A DNA stretch of 64,000 bases from Eledone cirrhosa (lineage: Eukaryota): positions 1 to 64,000 of the forward strand of contig CAXHJY010001145.1 of the NCBI GenBank assembly GCA_964016885.1, given 5' to 3'. The first letter of the stretch is position 1, and each line of letters begins with the position of its first letter. A model generated the notes under the pieces. The model was given only the letters and a program-made list of their open reading frames with translations, did no database searches and was not told the DNA's origin. Below are positions 49,642 to 62,927 of the stretch, piece after piece. The translations under genes were made by a program, and so were the position numbers.

Positions 49642-50519
49642 GCCTTACTTCAACAGTCAGTCTGTTTTGTCCTTTGAGATACTTAGAGATATGCTGGAAA
49701 AAAAAACTCCCCAGAAAAAAAGAAGAAAAAATAACTCCAGGTTCCACTCTATAATTTGCAGTTGAGTGATTAGTGGTAGGAAGTGACATCATCCAGCTAT
49801 AAAATCAATTGTTTCAATATAATACAGCAGCACAGCAAATGTTTTAAGGCCATTTCGCCACAACAGCAGAGGGTAGTCAAGTAGGTTTCATGGTAGGTTT
49901 CATACTCACCATTGGGCCTTTTTTGAGGCAATGTTTTATGGCCAGATGCTCTTCTTGTTACCAACCCTTTTTGTTGATTGATATGACAAAGAGGGATATG
50001 GTGTACCCATTCTAATTAGGAGACAGCAATATACACATATGAATGTGTGTATCTATCTGTTTGTATTCCAACAAGTACACATATATGTACATTTCACTCA
50101 TGATTGAGTGGCTAATGTTAGGAAGAGAGATCATCTAGCTGCTAAATTACACTTCTGCCTAAAGAGATTATCAAATTGCAATTGTTAGTGATTTTCAAAG
50201 AGAAGGGGAGATAATTTCAAGAGATCATGAATAAGGTCTCAAATAATTTAATGTGTTGCGGAAAGAACAGTTTGATCATCGTAGTGTTCAAAAGACAACT
50301 ACTTATGTTTAAATCTATTAGACCTCATCATCATATATATATATATATATAGGCATTGAAGTTTCCGTTGAAAATTGAAAAAGTCATAGGAGTGAAGAGT
50401 GCTCTATGTAAGTACCAGAGCAAAATTTAATGTATAATAAACAATATAATATAATTACCTCATTACCAGAGGTTTCCCGAATAAGACGAATACGAAAGAA
50501 ACGTCCTCATTCGTTCGTC

Positions 50520-50725
50520 GGACAAGGCAATATATGTGCAACCTGCCCACAATGTAAAGAATACTACATTGGTGAAACCGGAACGGGTCTACATGACAGA
50601 GTTCGAGTACATAAACAACAAATTAGAAACCCCTCTGTCAGAAACACCACATGCAGTGAACACTTTGCAACACGCGGAAAGGGAAATTTCACAATTTTCC
50701 CCTTTTTTAAAATATCGTCGGACAC
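50520..50725 (+). pseudogene. PLE GIY-YIG fragment, preceded by an inverted family-B pseudo-LTR piece (50395-50476)
   Basis: TCPQCKEYYIGETGTGLHDRVRVHKQQI..CSEHF..FTIFPFFK. Confidence 0.8.
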
Positions 50726-50779
50726 AAACACTTCCGAAAAACTGGATCTACCAACTCATAATATTATAATAATATATAA

Positions 50780-50960
50780 TTGACAGTATCGATAGAGGGT
50801 CGGACGCCATGCTTTCTAGCATAGTTACGTCCCTTTACAGACTGAGTTCAAATCCCACCGAGGTTAACTTTGCCTTTCATCCTTATGGGGTCGATAAAAT
50901 AAAGTACCAGTAATGTACTGGGTAATTGCTGGCCTTGTGCCAAATGTAGAAACAATTATA
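50780..50960 (+). mobile_element. SINE (dominant family)
   Basis: Body and tail intact; TSD-like ATTATAATAA. Confidence 0.88.
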
Positions 50961-51063
50961 TAATAACATTAAATCATAAAATTTTTTAACACTACAAGTG
51001 AAGTCATTCTTTTCCTTTTTTTCAAATATACCTAACTGTACCAAGGATCTCACACATTTTCCA

Positions 51064-51069
<6 letters not shown>

Positions 51070-51096
<27 letters not shown>

Positions 51097-51310
51097 AGTA
51101 TGTATGTGTGTGTATGTATGTGTGTGTATGTATGTATATGTGTGTGTGTGTATGTATCTCTGTGTGTGTATATGTGTGTGTGTATGTATGTATGTGTGTG
51201 TGTATGTATATGTGTGTGTGTGTGTGTGTATGTATATGTGTGTGTATGTATGTGTGTGTGTGTATGTATGTATGTATGTATGTGCGTGTGTGTTTATATA
51301 TATATATATT
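51070..51310. repeat. (TG/TA)n microsatellite
   Basis: Direct observation. Confidence 0.95.
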
Positions 51311-51374
51311 CCAAGAACTCCATCCAGTATTTTACTGGTGCATCACATCTTTCATGTCTTTATATTTACTGCAG

Positions 51375-51401
51375 ATGATGACCCATGTGCGAGCTGTCAG
51401 A
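51375..51401 (+). CDS. Candidate host gene, 27-nt exon 3
   Basis: Acceptor TTTACTGCAG, phase 0 MMTHVRAVR, donor GTAAGT. Confidence 0.45.
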
Positions 51402-51459
51402 GTAAGTCTTAAAACTAAAATTAATTAAGTTTTATTTGAAGGATATTTTTGCTCCTCAT

Positions 51460-52730
51460 TATGCCTTGCATTTTTGTTCAACATATCTGTGGTCAACTGA
51501 ATTTATACATGAAAACTCTCAGAAAATTTCATACATCTCAAATCTGATGTCTTCCATTGCTAAAAGTTGAACATTAATGTTTAGAATTTATAAGTATCTA
51601 TAATTTCTGCGTTTAAAATTTGTGTGTTTGTATTTTTCAATTTATCATGAACAGTTTATAAAGTAATTGACAAATTGTAATAACCACACTATATGGTTGA
51701 TGATCAGTATATTATCATTTGCAAATAGACATATGTATGTGTGCAGATATATAATCATCATACATTGTACTAATCGTTGTTATAATATATTTATAATATT
51801 GGGTATGTATTGAAGTTGTTGCTGCCATATAGCAGGTACTAATTGAGTTGTTTGAGGCAATCACAAAGCACTCAATGGATCGAGAAGTTAACTATTATCA
51901 TCCAGAGTAAAACACAACAGTAAAAAAGTGTGAGACTAAGAAAAATTACTGAATGCAGTGGCCATACTTATACCACAACAACGATAAATACAAAAAGGTT
52001 GAAGACTAACCTGGACCATCTTGAGTCGATTAGAATCGATAGAAATCAATAAAAATCTTCAATAGATTTCTGGGAAACCGGAATTACATCACAACTTACA
52101 TAATGCATCTGCAAATCCTACATGTATCTCCATGATGGAACTGGAGTTCCCATCTTCAGCAAGTTTTGTTCTCTTGTATTGATCCAAAATTCTGCCTGTT
52201 GACATAGGCATTCAACCATAGTAATAATTCTGCCCGTGTCATCATGTGACCTTTCTTACTAGAAGAGGTTAAGTTGGCTGAACTTTTGGCAGTATTTTCA
52301 GGGTGTGAGAACAAAAGGATACTCACAGCCTCAAAACAAAAACTCTCAACTTGCCTTTGTAAACAAAAGTAACTAACATATAGATTGTATTAAAGAAGCC
52401 AGGGGGATAATAATATTGGGTATGAACTGAAGTTGTAGCTGCCATATAGCAGGTACTAATCGAGTTGTTTTGAAGAAGTTATTTAACTGTGGTTTGTTCT
52501 TATGCCCCTTTGGAAAACTATTAATTACGAGCATGCGTAATTAATACATGCAAAAACCTGAATTTTAAACACAGAAAATATAGATTTTTAAAACATTTTT
52601 TATACATTAATGTACAACTTTTAGCAATGATGACAGTCTGTTTTGAGATGTATTAATTTTCTAATAATTATCATGTGTACTTTAAATAGTTCCCAGATGT
52701 GTTGTATGAAACTAAAAAACCAAGCATACA
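51460..52730. mobile_element. Old DNA-transposon-like element with long diverged inverted ends
   Basis: 51460-51635 is inversely similar to 52550-52730 (CATTGCTAAAAGTTGAACATTAATGT vs ACATTAATGTACAACTTTTAGCAATG); internal ~60-bp direct repeat at 51795 and 52412. Confidence 0.5.
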
Positions 52731-55700
52731 AAGGTTCACTGCCTGATTGCCTATAACCTGTTTAATACCAACTCATGAAATCATCCTTGGTTCTATAATT
52801 CTAAATAGTTTATTTTAAAGTGTTTGTTTACCTAAACACCTATCATAGCTGTGTATAAGAAACTTTCTTAACTCTCCTGAAACTGCCTTGGATTTATGAT
52901 ACAAAATTGCTTAGTTGTATAGTTTATCCTTATATTAAAACCTTTCATTATAATTTTATCATTGAAATTTTTGTTTAGTGATGCTCCAAATATCAATTTA
53001 CTAATGAAAAATGTAGTTATTTTATTGAACCCTCCAAATTTTTGGTTAATTCAAAATTGTTTAAAAATCATGGTCAGTGTCTTTCATTAGAAATACAATT
53101 ATGAAAGAGTTAAGTTATGTCTCAAATACCAGCTAAATTATGAAATAGTAATATTACTAAATCCCTTCAAATTCTTGATTATTTTCAAAATTATTTGAAA
53201 ATTATATGTAGTGTCTTTCGTCAGAAATATGGTAAGGAAATGGTTCAAAGTTTTAAGCTGTAACAATATTTGCTCCTGTTGATATATTTGTTACGGGTTT
53301 TGTCATCCCTTGAGATATTCCACAAGACAAAATGTAAAAATGTGCTTAGAAATAGCCACATTACAATGAGCAGACAGGAGAACCTTCTATATGGATGCTT
53401 GAACTTCTAAATGTAGCACCCAAACCACACTTAACTGTCTTAAAAAATGAATGCATTGGATAATGGAGCCTGAGGTACACCATATCTCAGGAAAAAAAAA
53501 GATGGGATGATCATGGCTGGAAGATCATAGGTTTACTTAATCATAGCTGACCTGAGATTAAATACCATTTACTATCACCACCATGCAAAACATATAGCAA
53601 TGAAACCTCTTTGTGGTTACTCAACTTGCCAGAAATAACAGATAAATGTCCCTTAAATAGAAACCTACTTTCTTAAAAAAGAAAAGACACATTAGAAATT
53701 CTAGTCATAGACATATCATGGAGAGGTAATGGCTGGAATGCCTTTGATCATAGGCTGGTGAATCAGGGTTGACTTGATGCTCCTGATATCATTGAGGACA
53801 GTCATACATTTATAATGATACTCAAGGACAGTCACCCATCAACATGCCTGATTTGATATATCACACTAGTGCATAGGATAATTAGAATGGATCTCAGTCA
53901 GTTTCAATGATGAGTGTTCCAGCTGTTCAATCAATGGGACAGACTGCTCATGCAATTAATGTGCAAGCGGCTGAGCATTCCAGAGACACAGGTACCCTTA
54001 ACATAATTCTCAGGAAGGTCCAGCCTGACAGTGTGTGGCAAGGTTGACCTTTTGAATCACAATTACAGCCCATTCAACAGGCTTCAAAACAGTTTCTTTT
54101 TATCCAGTTTCACTCTCAAGGCTTGGGTTTATCTGGGGTTATGGTAAATGACACTTACCCAAGATGCTATGCAGTGGGATCAAACCAAAGACCTAATGAT
54201 TACAAAACGCACCTCTTAATCATTCAGCTATGTTGTGTCAACATAGGATAAATATGTCTGTTAAGTGAGGGAAAATGTTTTCTTGAATATTTGTGAGCCA
54301 CAAAGTTATCCCTACTGTCACACTCTATAAATGAAAGTGAAATAACTCTCCATTGGAATGGCAAGTAAGAGAAAATTAAAATTCTGTGTATTCTAACATA
54401 GAGGACAATTGAAATGGTCTCTGTAATAAATTGACCTACACAGAATGCAAATACATAGAAGCTCCTGCATTGACCCATATGGTCCTTATTTTATAGACAG
54501 TAGGGTGTTTAACAAAATTTATCTAAAACACTGAATTGCAAATAGATTACAAAGATGCTATTTCCATTTCTGGCTTATGGTGATCCCTATTTTCTAGACG
54601 GTAGACAACCAATGATAATAATATTTATCTACTACACTGAGTTGTAGATAAACATATTAAATAGATCTTTCTCCACTGACTCATGTAATCTCTATTTTAT
54701 AGAGAGCAGTTGGGCTGTTTTAACCCCTTTCATGCCAACCCACTCAAAAACACCTCTGTTTCTATAAAACAATTTAAAGGGTTCCTACTTAAATTAAAAC
54801 CTTCCAGTACATTTTTTATTTAAAAACATCTTGTTTTGTTAAAAATACCATCTTAATGAAATTATCATTTTAGTGAATCCTTCGCTAATTCTTCTCTAAA
54901 TAATTAAAATATAAAACTTTTCAAAATGGTTGAACAACATTTATCTACTACACTGAATAGGTTGACAGAAGTTACCCCACTTCTCCATATTTTTTGCAAA
55001 GATGCCACATAAAGCTTTCTCTGATCATCAACAAATAGTGTAAAAAAACAAAGTCCTCAAATCAAGCAAACCCCATCCATCCCTACAAAAAAAATACAAA
55101 AAACGACAGGAAGTCATATTGGATTTATTACAACGACAACAGAATTCTTGTTCAAATGTTGGGTATCTTATTGACATTTTTTAGTTTTGTTTCAATGCCT
55201 CTTTTATTAACAGATATTGCTGTATTTAAGGAATGAACCCCAAAACAAAAAGATGCTTTCTATTTTTGTTAATATTTTCCTTATATTTAACTACTACTAC
55301 TACTACTACTACTACTTACTTTATCAATACTAATACAAAACTAACCATTTTAATTTTAACAAAAACTGAAAGCTTGTCAAAGCTTGTCATATATGTTTCT
55401 ATATATATATTGGTGTGTATGTGTTTTTTACTGGTGTAAAATGATATGTCCAGTTGTACCCCTTTACATCACAGGTAAGTTATCTATTCAATAAATCAAG
55501 GTTAATAAAAGTGCCAGATTCAAATAAGTACTGGGGTTGACACATGCATGTATGTGTATTTTATCGGTTTCAATCGTAGGACTGTAGCCATGCTGGGGCA
55601 TCAACTTCAAGAGTTTTTAGTTAATCATATCAACTGGTGATTCCAAATGTGTATTTTTGACAATAAAATGTGAAAAAGATGTACCTTCTTCTGAAAACCT

Positions 55701-56104
55701 AAAACTGAACAGCTTGATGATACAACCTCTACAGTCAGGTGACAAATATAAGGTATCTTGGACAGGATGAGAATGGCAGATATGGGGAACCCATAAATGA
55801 GAGGACCAGGAATTAATACCTCAGATGAGTAAGAAAGTATGACCATTAGAACTCTCAGCGTTCAACAAGTACATTGCCCATCATACTTTTGCTGTGCCCA
55901 TCCTAATGCCAACACTCAGCTAGTTGAACTGGTCATAATAATAACTGAGTGAGATGGATTCAAGAACTTGCAAGCCGCTCAGTGTTACTTAAAACTTAAA
56001 CATTAATGGTGACATGGATATGCTATATTTCTCATGCAAGAAGGGTGGCCAAGGCCTAAAATCTATATTAACATCATACGAGATCTGAATAATAACACTG
56101 AAGC

Positions 56105-56640
56105 AATATCATCATCATCATACGTCATTGCATGGGTTGGACACCTCTTCAGTACAGCATTTCTCCACTTGTCGTATTCCTTTATCATCTCTTCCATGAG
56201 TTTTAGTGATCCAAGATCAGCTCCAACCACTTCCATCCAGGTTATCCTTGGTTTTTCTCTACTGTGGATTCCTTCCACTGAGATTATTTGGCACTTCTTC
56301 ACCCAGCAATCATCATCCATGCACATCATATGTCTCCTCTCCTACACACTACTTCTGATTCCCCTTATACCCAGTTTCTCATTCAGTTCATCCATGGTTT
56401 ATCATACTCACGCATTAACATTGCACATCCATTGAAGCATGCTTGCCTCATTTCTCTCCAGCCTCCACATGTCCTCTGTGTTTACTGCCCATGTCTCATT
56501 ACCATACAGTATTGCACTTCACAAACAGGTATCATACATTCGATCTTTCATTTACAGGAAGAAACCTTTTGTTATTAGCAGGGGTAGCAGTTCCGTAAAC
56601 TTGCATCCTGTCTTATTCTAGCCACTATGTTCTCACCATC
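56105..56640 (-). pseudogene. RTE-clade LINE 3' fragment
   Basis: YGNETWAV, RLERNEASML, WVKKCQIISVEG..KPRITWMEVV, KWRNAV; (GAT)n tail. Confidence 0.75.
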
Positions 56641-56918
56641 CTCCACTGTTAATTAGACCACCAGCATACTTTGCTGGAAGTGTATGAACGATGTAACCCA
56701 AATAAACTGAGGGAAAAACTGGGTATAAAAGGAATCATATGTAGTCAGTGTGAAACAGGAAATATAAATTTGTTTACCTTGCCATTCTTGTCCAAAACAT
56801 TGTTCTTATCTAGTGGCATAAATCCATGAAACTCTACCTATCCAGACTGATCAGAAATTTTTGGATCTCTATAGCTCATTTAGACATGTCCATACACTAT
56901 AATTAACAGCTACGAAAG

Positions 56919-57420
56919 AAGTCCTCTGTTAGTCCCCTTCTACTCATGTGATGTCACTCCCCCAGACTTCATGTAAGTCCTCTGCTAGTCCCCTTCTGCT
57001 CATGTGATGTCACTCTCCCAGACTTCATGCAAGTCCTCTGCTAGTCCCCTTCTACTCATGTGATGTCACTCTCCCAGACTTCATGCAAGTCCTCTGCTAG
57101 TCCCCTTCTACTCATGTGATGTCACTCTCCCAGACTTCATGCAAGTCCTCTGCTAGTCACCTTCTACTCATGTGATGTCACTCTCCCAGACTTCATGCAA
57201 GTCCTCTGCTAGTCCCCTTCTGCTCATGTGATGTCACTCCCCCAGACTTCATGCAAGTCCTCTGCTAGTCCCCTTCTGCTCATGTGATGTCACTCCCCCA
57301 GACTTCATGCAAGTCCTCTGCTAGTCACCTTCTACTCATGTGATGTCACTCTCCCAGACTTCATGCAAGTCCTCTGCTAGTCCCCTTCTACTCATGTGAT
57401 GTCACTGCTCCCAATACTTC
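56919..57420. repeat. 56-bp minisatellite, about 9 copies
   Basis: Unit AAGTCCTCTGCTAGTCCCCTTCTACTCATGTGATGTCACTCTCCCAGACTTCATGC. Confidence 0.95.
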
Positions 57421-58210
57421 TGATACACTACCCATAACTCTACAGTAGGCAAGAAAGAATACTGAGTTGCTGCAGACGTGTAATGTTCATGGCAGGTGAC
57501 TAATAGGTGAAGCAGTGTCAAGTGATCCAAGGGGATGGAAACTGTGGAAGAGGAAGATGTAATGAAACCTTATCTTTAGCAGCTAAATCTCATGAAGGAG
57601 ATGAGAAGAGATTGTAAAAATTGATGAAACACTGTGCTGGAGAAAATCCGTCCAACCCATGCAAGCATGGAAACATGGATGGAAAATGATGGTGATGAGA
57701 TGCACTTGTATATAAATTATATAAATATACACAAACATAAAGATAAAATTGAGTTATAAATCAACAAAATATCAAATTAAATTATAACACCAAATTATTT
57801 CAAAGGAAGAGGACAAAATATTTTCTTAGATAATACTAAAAATAATTAAAGTCAACCTCAACTAAGAGGACTCAAAAAAAAAAAAACGTACTACTAAACA
57901 TTTTAAAGCATTTATGATAGTGAAATCAAAAGTTGTCTCCCTTACATTCCGTACCATTTTAATCTTTTATTGCTCACAGAACATTCAGATAACTTTTGAT
58001 GTGATTCATTGACTATTGTCAATCATGATTTGTCAAGTTCGATTCCATTGAATGGAACTTTGACCTTAGGAAATGATCTTCTACCATAACTTTATGAATC
58101 AAATTATGTATATGGAAATTGCACAGCCCATCGAATAGATAGACTCTATATGGGCTAGTCTTGTCACAGCTAAGTGTAAAAGTACACACACACATACATA
58201 TATATATATA

Positions 58211-58333
58211 TAGGAAAATGGTCAAGACCCCGACGGCATGGCTCAAGCCGTTTCGACGGCTATTTCTGGACTAACCAGAAATAGTCGTCGAAATGGCTTG
58301 AGCTCTGCCGTCGGGGTCTTGACCATTTTCCTA
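58211..58333. repeat. Near-perfect palindrome (~60-bp arms) next to (TA)n
   Basis: TAGGAAAATGGTCAAGACCCCGACGGC..GCCGTCGGGGTCTTGACCATTTTCCTA. Confidence 0.88.
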
Positions 58334-58410
58334 TTACCCACTCTACTACCCTAAGTATTGAGTACTCTCGTGCGTTATGGTCCATCTGGTTCCTTACCAC
58401 ACTTCCTTTG

Positions 58411-58440
<30 letters not shown>

Positions 58441-58445
<5 letters not shown>

Positions 58446-58830
58446 AAAGTTATATTTAATTTGTTGGGATTCAACAAGCTTAAAAGTTTTATAACTGATA
58501 TAAAGCACTCAACAGTTTACTGGAGTAAATATTCAATATATTAATAAATGGAAACTATATTTATAAAACCATAATTATTTTATTATATATATTTCAAGGG
58601 CAACCAAGGCAAATTTTGGTGTGCTTTCATCAGATAAAATACAAAATTTGTTTCATAAATGTTGACATACCCGCAGAAGAACAACCTTGACGGTTGGAGG
58701 TTCGCTGTATTCGATATATTTTATTTTATCTGATGAAAGCGCACCAAAATTTGCCTTGGTTGCCCTTGAAATATATATAATAAAATAATTATGGTTTTAT
58801 AAATATAGTTTCCATTTATTAATATATTGT
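58441..58830. mobile_element. Head-to-head family A pseudo-LTR pair; hammerheads at 58577-58640 (-) and 58723-58786 (+)
   Basis: ATTTTAT-CTGATGA-AAGCGCACCAA..TTGGTTGCCCTT-GAAA-TATATA-TA-ATAAAAT, with perfect stem I and core. Confidence 0.88.
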
Positions 58831-58840
58831 ATATATATAT

Positions 58841-59288
58841 ATGTAGAAGTTATATTTAATTTGTTGGGATACAACAAGCAAATATTTTTATAACTGATAT
58901 AAAGCACTCAACAAATTTTTGGAGTAAAAATACAATATATTAACAAATGGAAACTATATTTATAAAACCATATTTATTTCATTATACATATTTCAAGAAC
59001 ACCAAAGCAAATTATGGTGCGCTTTCATCAGATAAAATATAATATAGATCAGTTTTATAAACAAATATTGACATACCCTTAAAGAATGCAACCATGTCGG
59101 TTGACTATCTGGGAGATTCCAACCGACATGATTGCATTCTTTAAGGGTATGTCAATATTTGTTTATAAAACTGATCTATATTATATTTTATCTGATGAAA
59201 GCGCACCATAATTTGCTTTGGTGTCCTTGAAATATGTATAGTGAAATAAATATGGTTTTATAAATATAGTTTCCATTTGTTAATATAT
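58841..59288. mobile_element. Head-to-head family A pseudo-LTR pair; hammerheads at 58976-59038 (-) and 59185-59247 (+)
   Basis: Inverted arms around a short centre near 59110. Confidence 0.88.
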
Positions 59289-59484
59289 TATATATAAAGG
59301 TATGCAGCCTAGTAGTTAGAGGTTTGGGCTGTCCTCTGTTTGATTCCTGGACCACAGAGTATATAATGTTCTTGAGCAAACTATCTTGGGAAAAGTCTTG
59401 TTCTTTCAGTTGCTTAAGGCTAATGAAACCGGGATAGACTCCAGCCCCATGAGTCACCAAGCTTGAGACAGACCTTAACATATT

Positions 59485-59520
<36 letters not shown>

Positions 59521-59521
<1 letters not shown>

Positions 59522-59672
59522 ATTGTTTCTACTTTTGGCACAAGGCCAGCAAATACCTAGTGCATTACTGGTACTTTATTTTATCGACCCCATAAGAATT
59601 TGAACTCAGAATGGCAAGGGCCGTAACTCTATGCGTCAAAGCATGGCATCTGACCCTCTACCGATACTGCCA
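59521..59672 (-). mobile_element. SINE with internal deletion
   Basis: Reverse-complement head and tail. Confidence 0.85.
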
Positions 59673-60108
59673 AAAATGTGTGTGTGTGTGTATCTATCTA
59701 TCTATATAAATCATCATCATCATCATCATCAACGTTTAACGTCCGTGTTCCACGCTTGCATGGGTTTGGACGGGGGTAGTCCCACTTGAGGCAAGAGTGA
59801 TTGTCTTGCTCGCATAGGACTGTCTGGCAGGTTTTCTACAGTTGGATGCCCTTCCTAACACCAACCACATTTACAGTGTGGGTCTGGGAGGTTTTTACCG
59901 TGTTGCCTACACGGCCACATTACAGCGTGGACTGTGTGTTTTTTTGTCGTGACACCTACACGATCTCATTTGTTTCGGCCTCGATGGCGCGGCACCAACA
60001 TAACTTTACATAGAACGGGGTGGTGTGGATGGGGTGGGGGTGGTGGTGGTGGGACAGGGTGTATTTTGTTAGAGATGCCTACTGGCTGGAGTAGGTTTTA
60101 CTATATAT

Positions 60109-60323
60109 TTAGGTAAGGCGGGTCTTCTCTGTTACTGAGTACCGCCAAAGGTCTCGGTCCAGTGACATTGTCTTGGAGAGGTGTAAGTGTGTGATGTCGG
60201 AGTTTATCAGCTCGTCCCAGGTTTTTCTAGGTCTGCCTATTCCGTGACTACCGTCTATCTTTATTGCCTTGCACTTTGTTATACAGCTATCGACTTTCAT
60301 GCGCATCACGTGTCCATACCAAC
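60109..60323 (-). pseudogene. RTE-clade LINE 3' fragment
   Basis: WYGHVMRM..GRPRKTWDELI..DRDLWR; a related (GAT)n-tailed terminus lies at 59711-59775. Confidence 0.75.
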
Positions 60324-60545
60324 TATATATATATATATATATATCCGTGTTATGTTGACAAAGTAGAGTCCAATGTACCTGTGAATACTCAGATGAAACT
60401 CTGGAGTCACAGGACTCATCACTTAGCATTAATAAAGAATATTATTTATATATATATATTATATATATATATATTATATATATATATATATTATATATAT
60501 TATATATATATATATTATATATATATATATTATTTATATATATAT

Positions 60546-60738
60546 AAGGGCGGTGGATTGGCAGTATCGGTAGAGGGTCGGATGCCATGCTTTGTAGCAC
60601 AGTTACGTCCCTTTATGGGCTGAGTTCAAATCCCGCCGAGGTTAACTTTGCCTTTCATCCTTACGGGGTCGATAAAATAAAGTACCAGTAATATACTGGA
60701 TAATTGCTGGCTTTGTGCCTATATAAGAAACAATTATT
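60546..60738 (+). mobile_element. SINE (dominant family)
   Basis: Full length. Confidence 0.9.
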
Positions 60739-60749
60739 TATATATATAT

Positions 60750-62896
60750 ACAATCGGTACAGTATATGGAAGGAATATATTAGGTTAACACTTGAAGTAG
60801 CAGGAGGGGCTTAACCTTTCGGACATTAACCCTTCATCAGGAGATAGAATGAGAAATTAGAAAGATTGAAGGGACGGGCATGGCGGAATTGGAGTTAAAG
60901 AGTCTAAGAGTATGATTGATGTTGTGGATGTGGGAGGGGAGATTGATGATTAACGGGGCGGGGATGGTATCTAAGTATTCTGAGATGATTTCAGTTGCAT
61001 GCGGAAACGATAGAACGGCCGGGATTATTTGGTTTGTGTATTTTGGGGAAGAAGTAGATAGTGGGTGTGTGAGGGTTGCATACTACAAGGTGGGTGGCTG
61101 TGGGGGTAGGGGGTAGGAGAGATGAGTTGGTGAATGGTGGAGGTCACGAGTTGTTGGTGGCCAGGAGTGGGGTTAGAGGATAAAGGGCAGTAAAATAGGG
61201 TATCATGAAGTTGGCGGAGGACCTCAGCCTTGCAGAGGTCTATGTTCCACACCACCACAGTGCCACCTTTGTCGGTGGGTTTGATGATAATGTCATCACG
61301 GCACCGTAGGTTGTGAAGAGCTCGATCCTCGTAAGGTTAGAGTGACGAGAATGCTGATGGAAACGGAACCGGTTCACAGTACATCGGCAAGTATCCACAA
61401 ATGAATGGAGGGTGCTGAACTGGCCAGAGCATGGTGTCCAGTGTGATTGCTGGCGACTGAGATGAGTGAGACGAGCTTTAGTTGATGGAAGAATCCTCCA
61501 ATCTCGGCACATGTGCAGAACTCATCGCAGGTTGATGTGGTTGGTATAAAACACAAACCCCGGGCAAGGAGGGAGCGCTCAGCTTTGGAGAGTGGTAGGT
61601 CCTGGAATATGGTGACAACAGTGGAGGGGCGTGAGGGAGTGAAGGCGGCGGAGGGGCTAAGGTGGTTAGGCAAAGCATGTGCAGATTCAGTGGTGGGGAG
61701 AGGAAAGGGGGGTGGTAGGTGACAGGATAGTAGTGTTAGGGTTGGAGAGGTGAAATGAGTATGGGTGGTGATGGTAGGGAGTGGAGTGAGTGAAGTTTGT
61801 GGTTTTTGATGGAAGTGAGGAAATTGAAGAGGAAGCGATTGAGGTGAAGGATGAGGGATTGGGTGAGGATGGGAGAGAACAGATTTGGGTGAGAGTAGAT
61901 CGGATAGCTGGCAAGAGGAGCGGGTAAGGATGGGCTCAGTGATGGGAGTGGAGTAAGAGGTGGGGAGGAACTTGAGGTAGAAACCTTGGGGAATGAGGTG
62001 GTGGTGGAGACAGCAACTTAAAAATGAGATGTGACTGTTATTTTTTGTTTTGGTGAAGATGAGGTTGGAGAGATGCAAGGAGGATTGGATGTAAATAGGA
62101 GGGAGAGGTTGGAGGAAGCGTTTGAGAGTGGAATGGAGCTGGCGGAGAAAAGATTGCGATTGGGCATGATGAAGGTACTGGGGTGAGAGAGAAATAGACA
62201 GGTGAGAAGAAGAAGGTGGAAGTAAGAAGAGTATAGTGGAGGAAAAGTGATAGAGAGTCGTGGTGTATTTAAATAATGCAAGAAGCAAAGAAAATATCAG
62301 TGATATGAAAAGATTTCCTGGTGGAAGTTCTGGTAAACTCTGGGTGTATATCCAGTTCCAGAGTGAAAATCCAATTTGAAAATCTAACAAATTTGAGAGG
62401 TCCACGTAAGCATTGATATATATATATGTATGTAAAAGGTAAAGAATATGGAAGGAATATATTAGGTTAATGCTTGAAATAGCAGGAAGAGGATCTTAAC
62501 ATTTTGGACACTAGTCCTTCATCACAAGAAAGAATGAAAAATTAGAAAGATAGTGGAATCGGAAAAAATGTTTTTAGAGAAAAATAACAGGTCCCTGTGT
62601 ACATATTCTTCTATAGTATATGTATTTGGTATTTTATGATAGCCCTTTTTCTCTATATATAAATATGAGACAGTTGATCAACTTTCGTCAAATCAACAAT
62701 TGGTCTTTCTAATTGCTAATACTATCTATTGGTTGCAACTCCAGGTAGAAGGAGCAACGTGAAATAAAGTGTCTTGCTCAAGGATATAACGCATTGCCCG
62801 GTCCGAGAATCGAACTCACGATTGCAAATCTAATTCTCCTACCACTCAGCTCAGCCACATGCCTTCACTATGTAAACATCTGTCTTTTAATTTGGT

Positions 62897-62927
<31 letters not shown>

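Noticed and set aside
55454-55474. Possible 21-nt fourth exon of the host gene
   Set aside because: Good donor but weak acceptor; not supportable without transcripts
56919-57420. CRISPR-like array
   Set aside because: Contiguous repeats with no unique spacers, no cas genes, eukaryotic context
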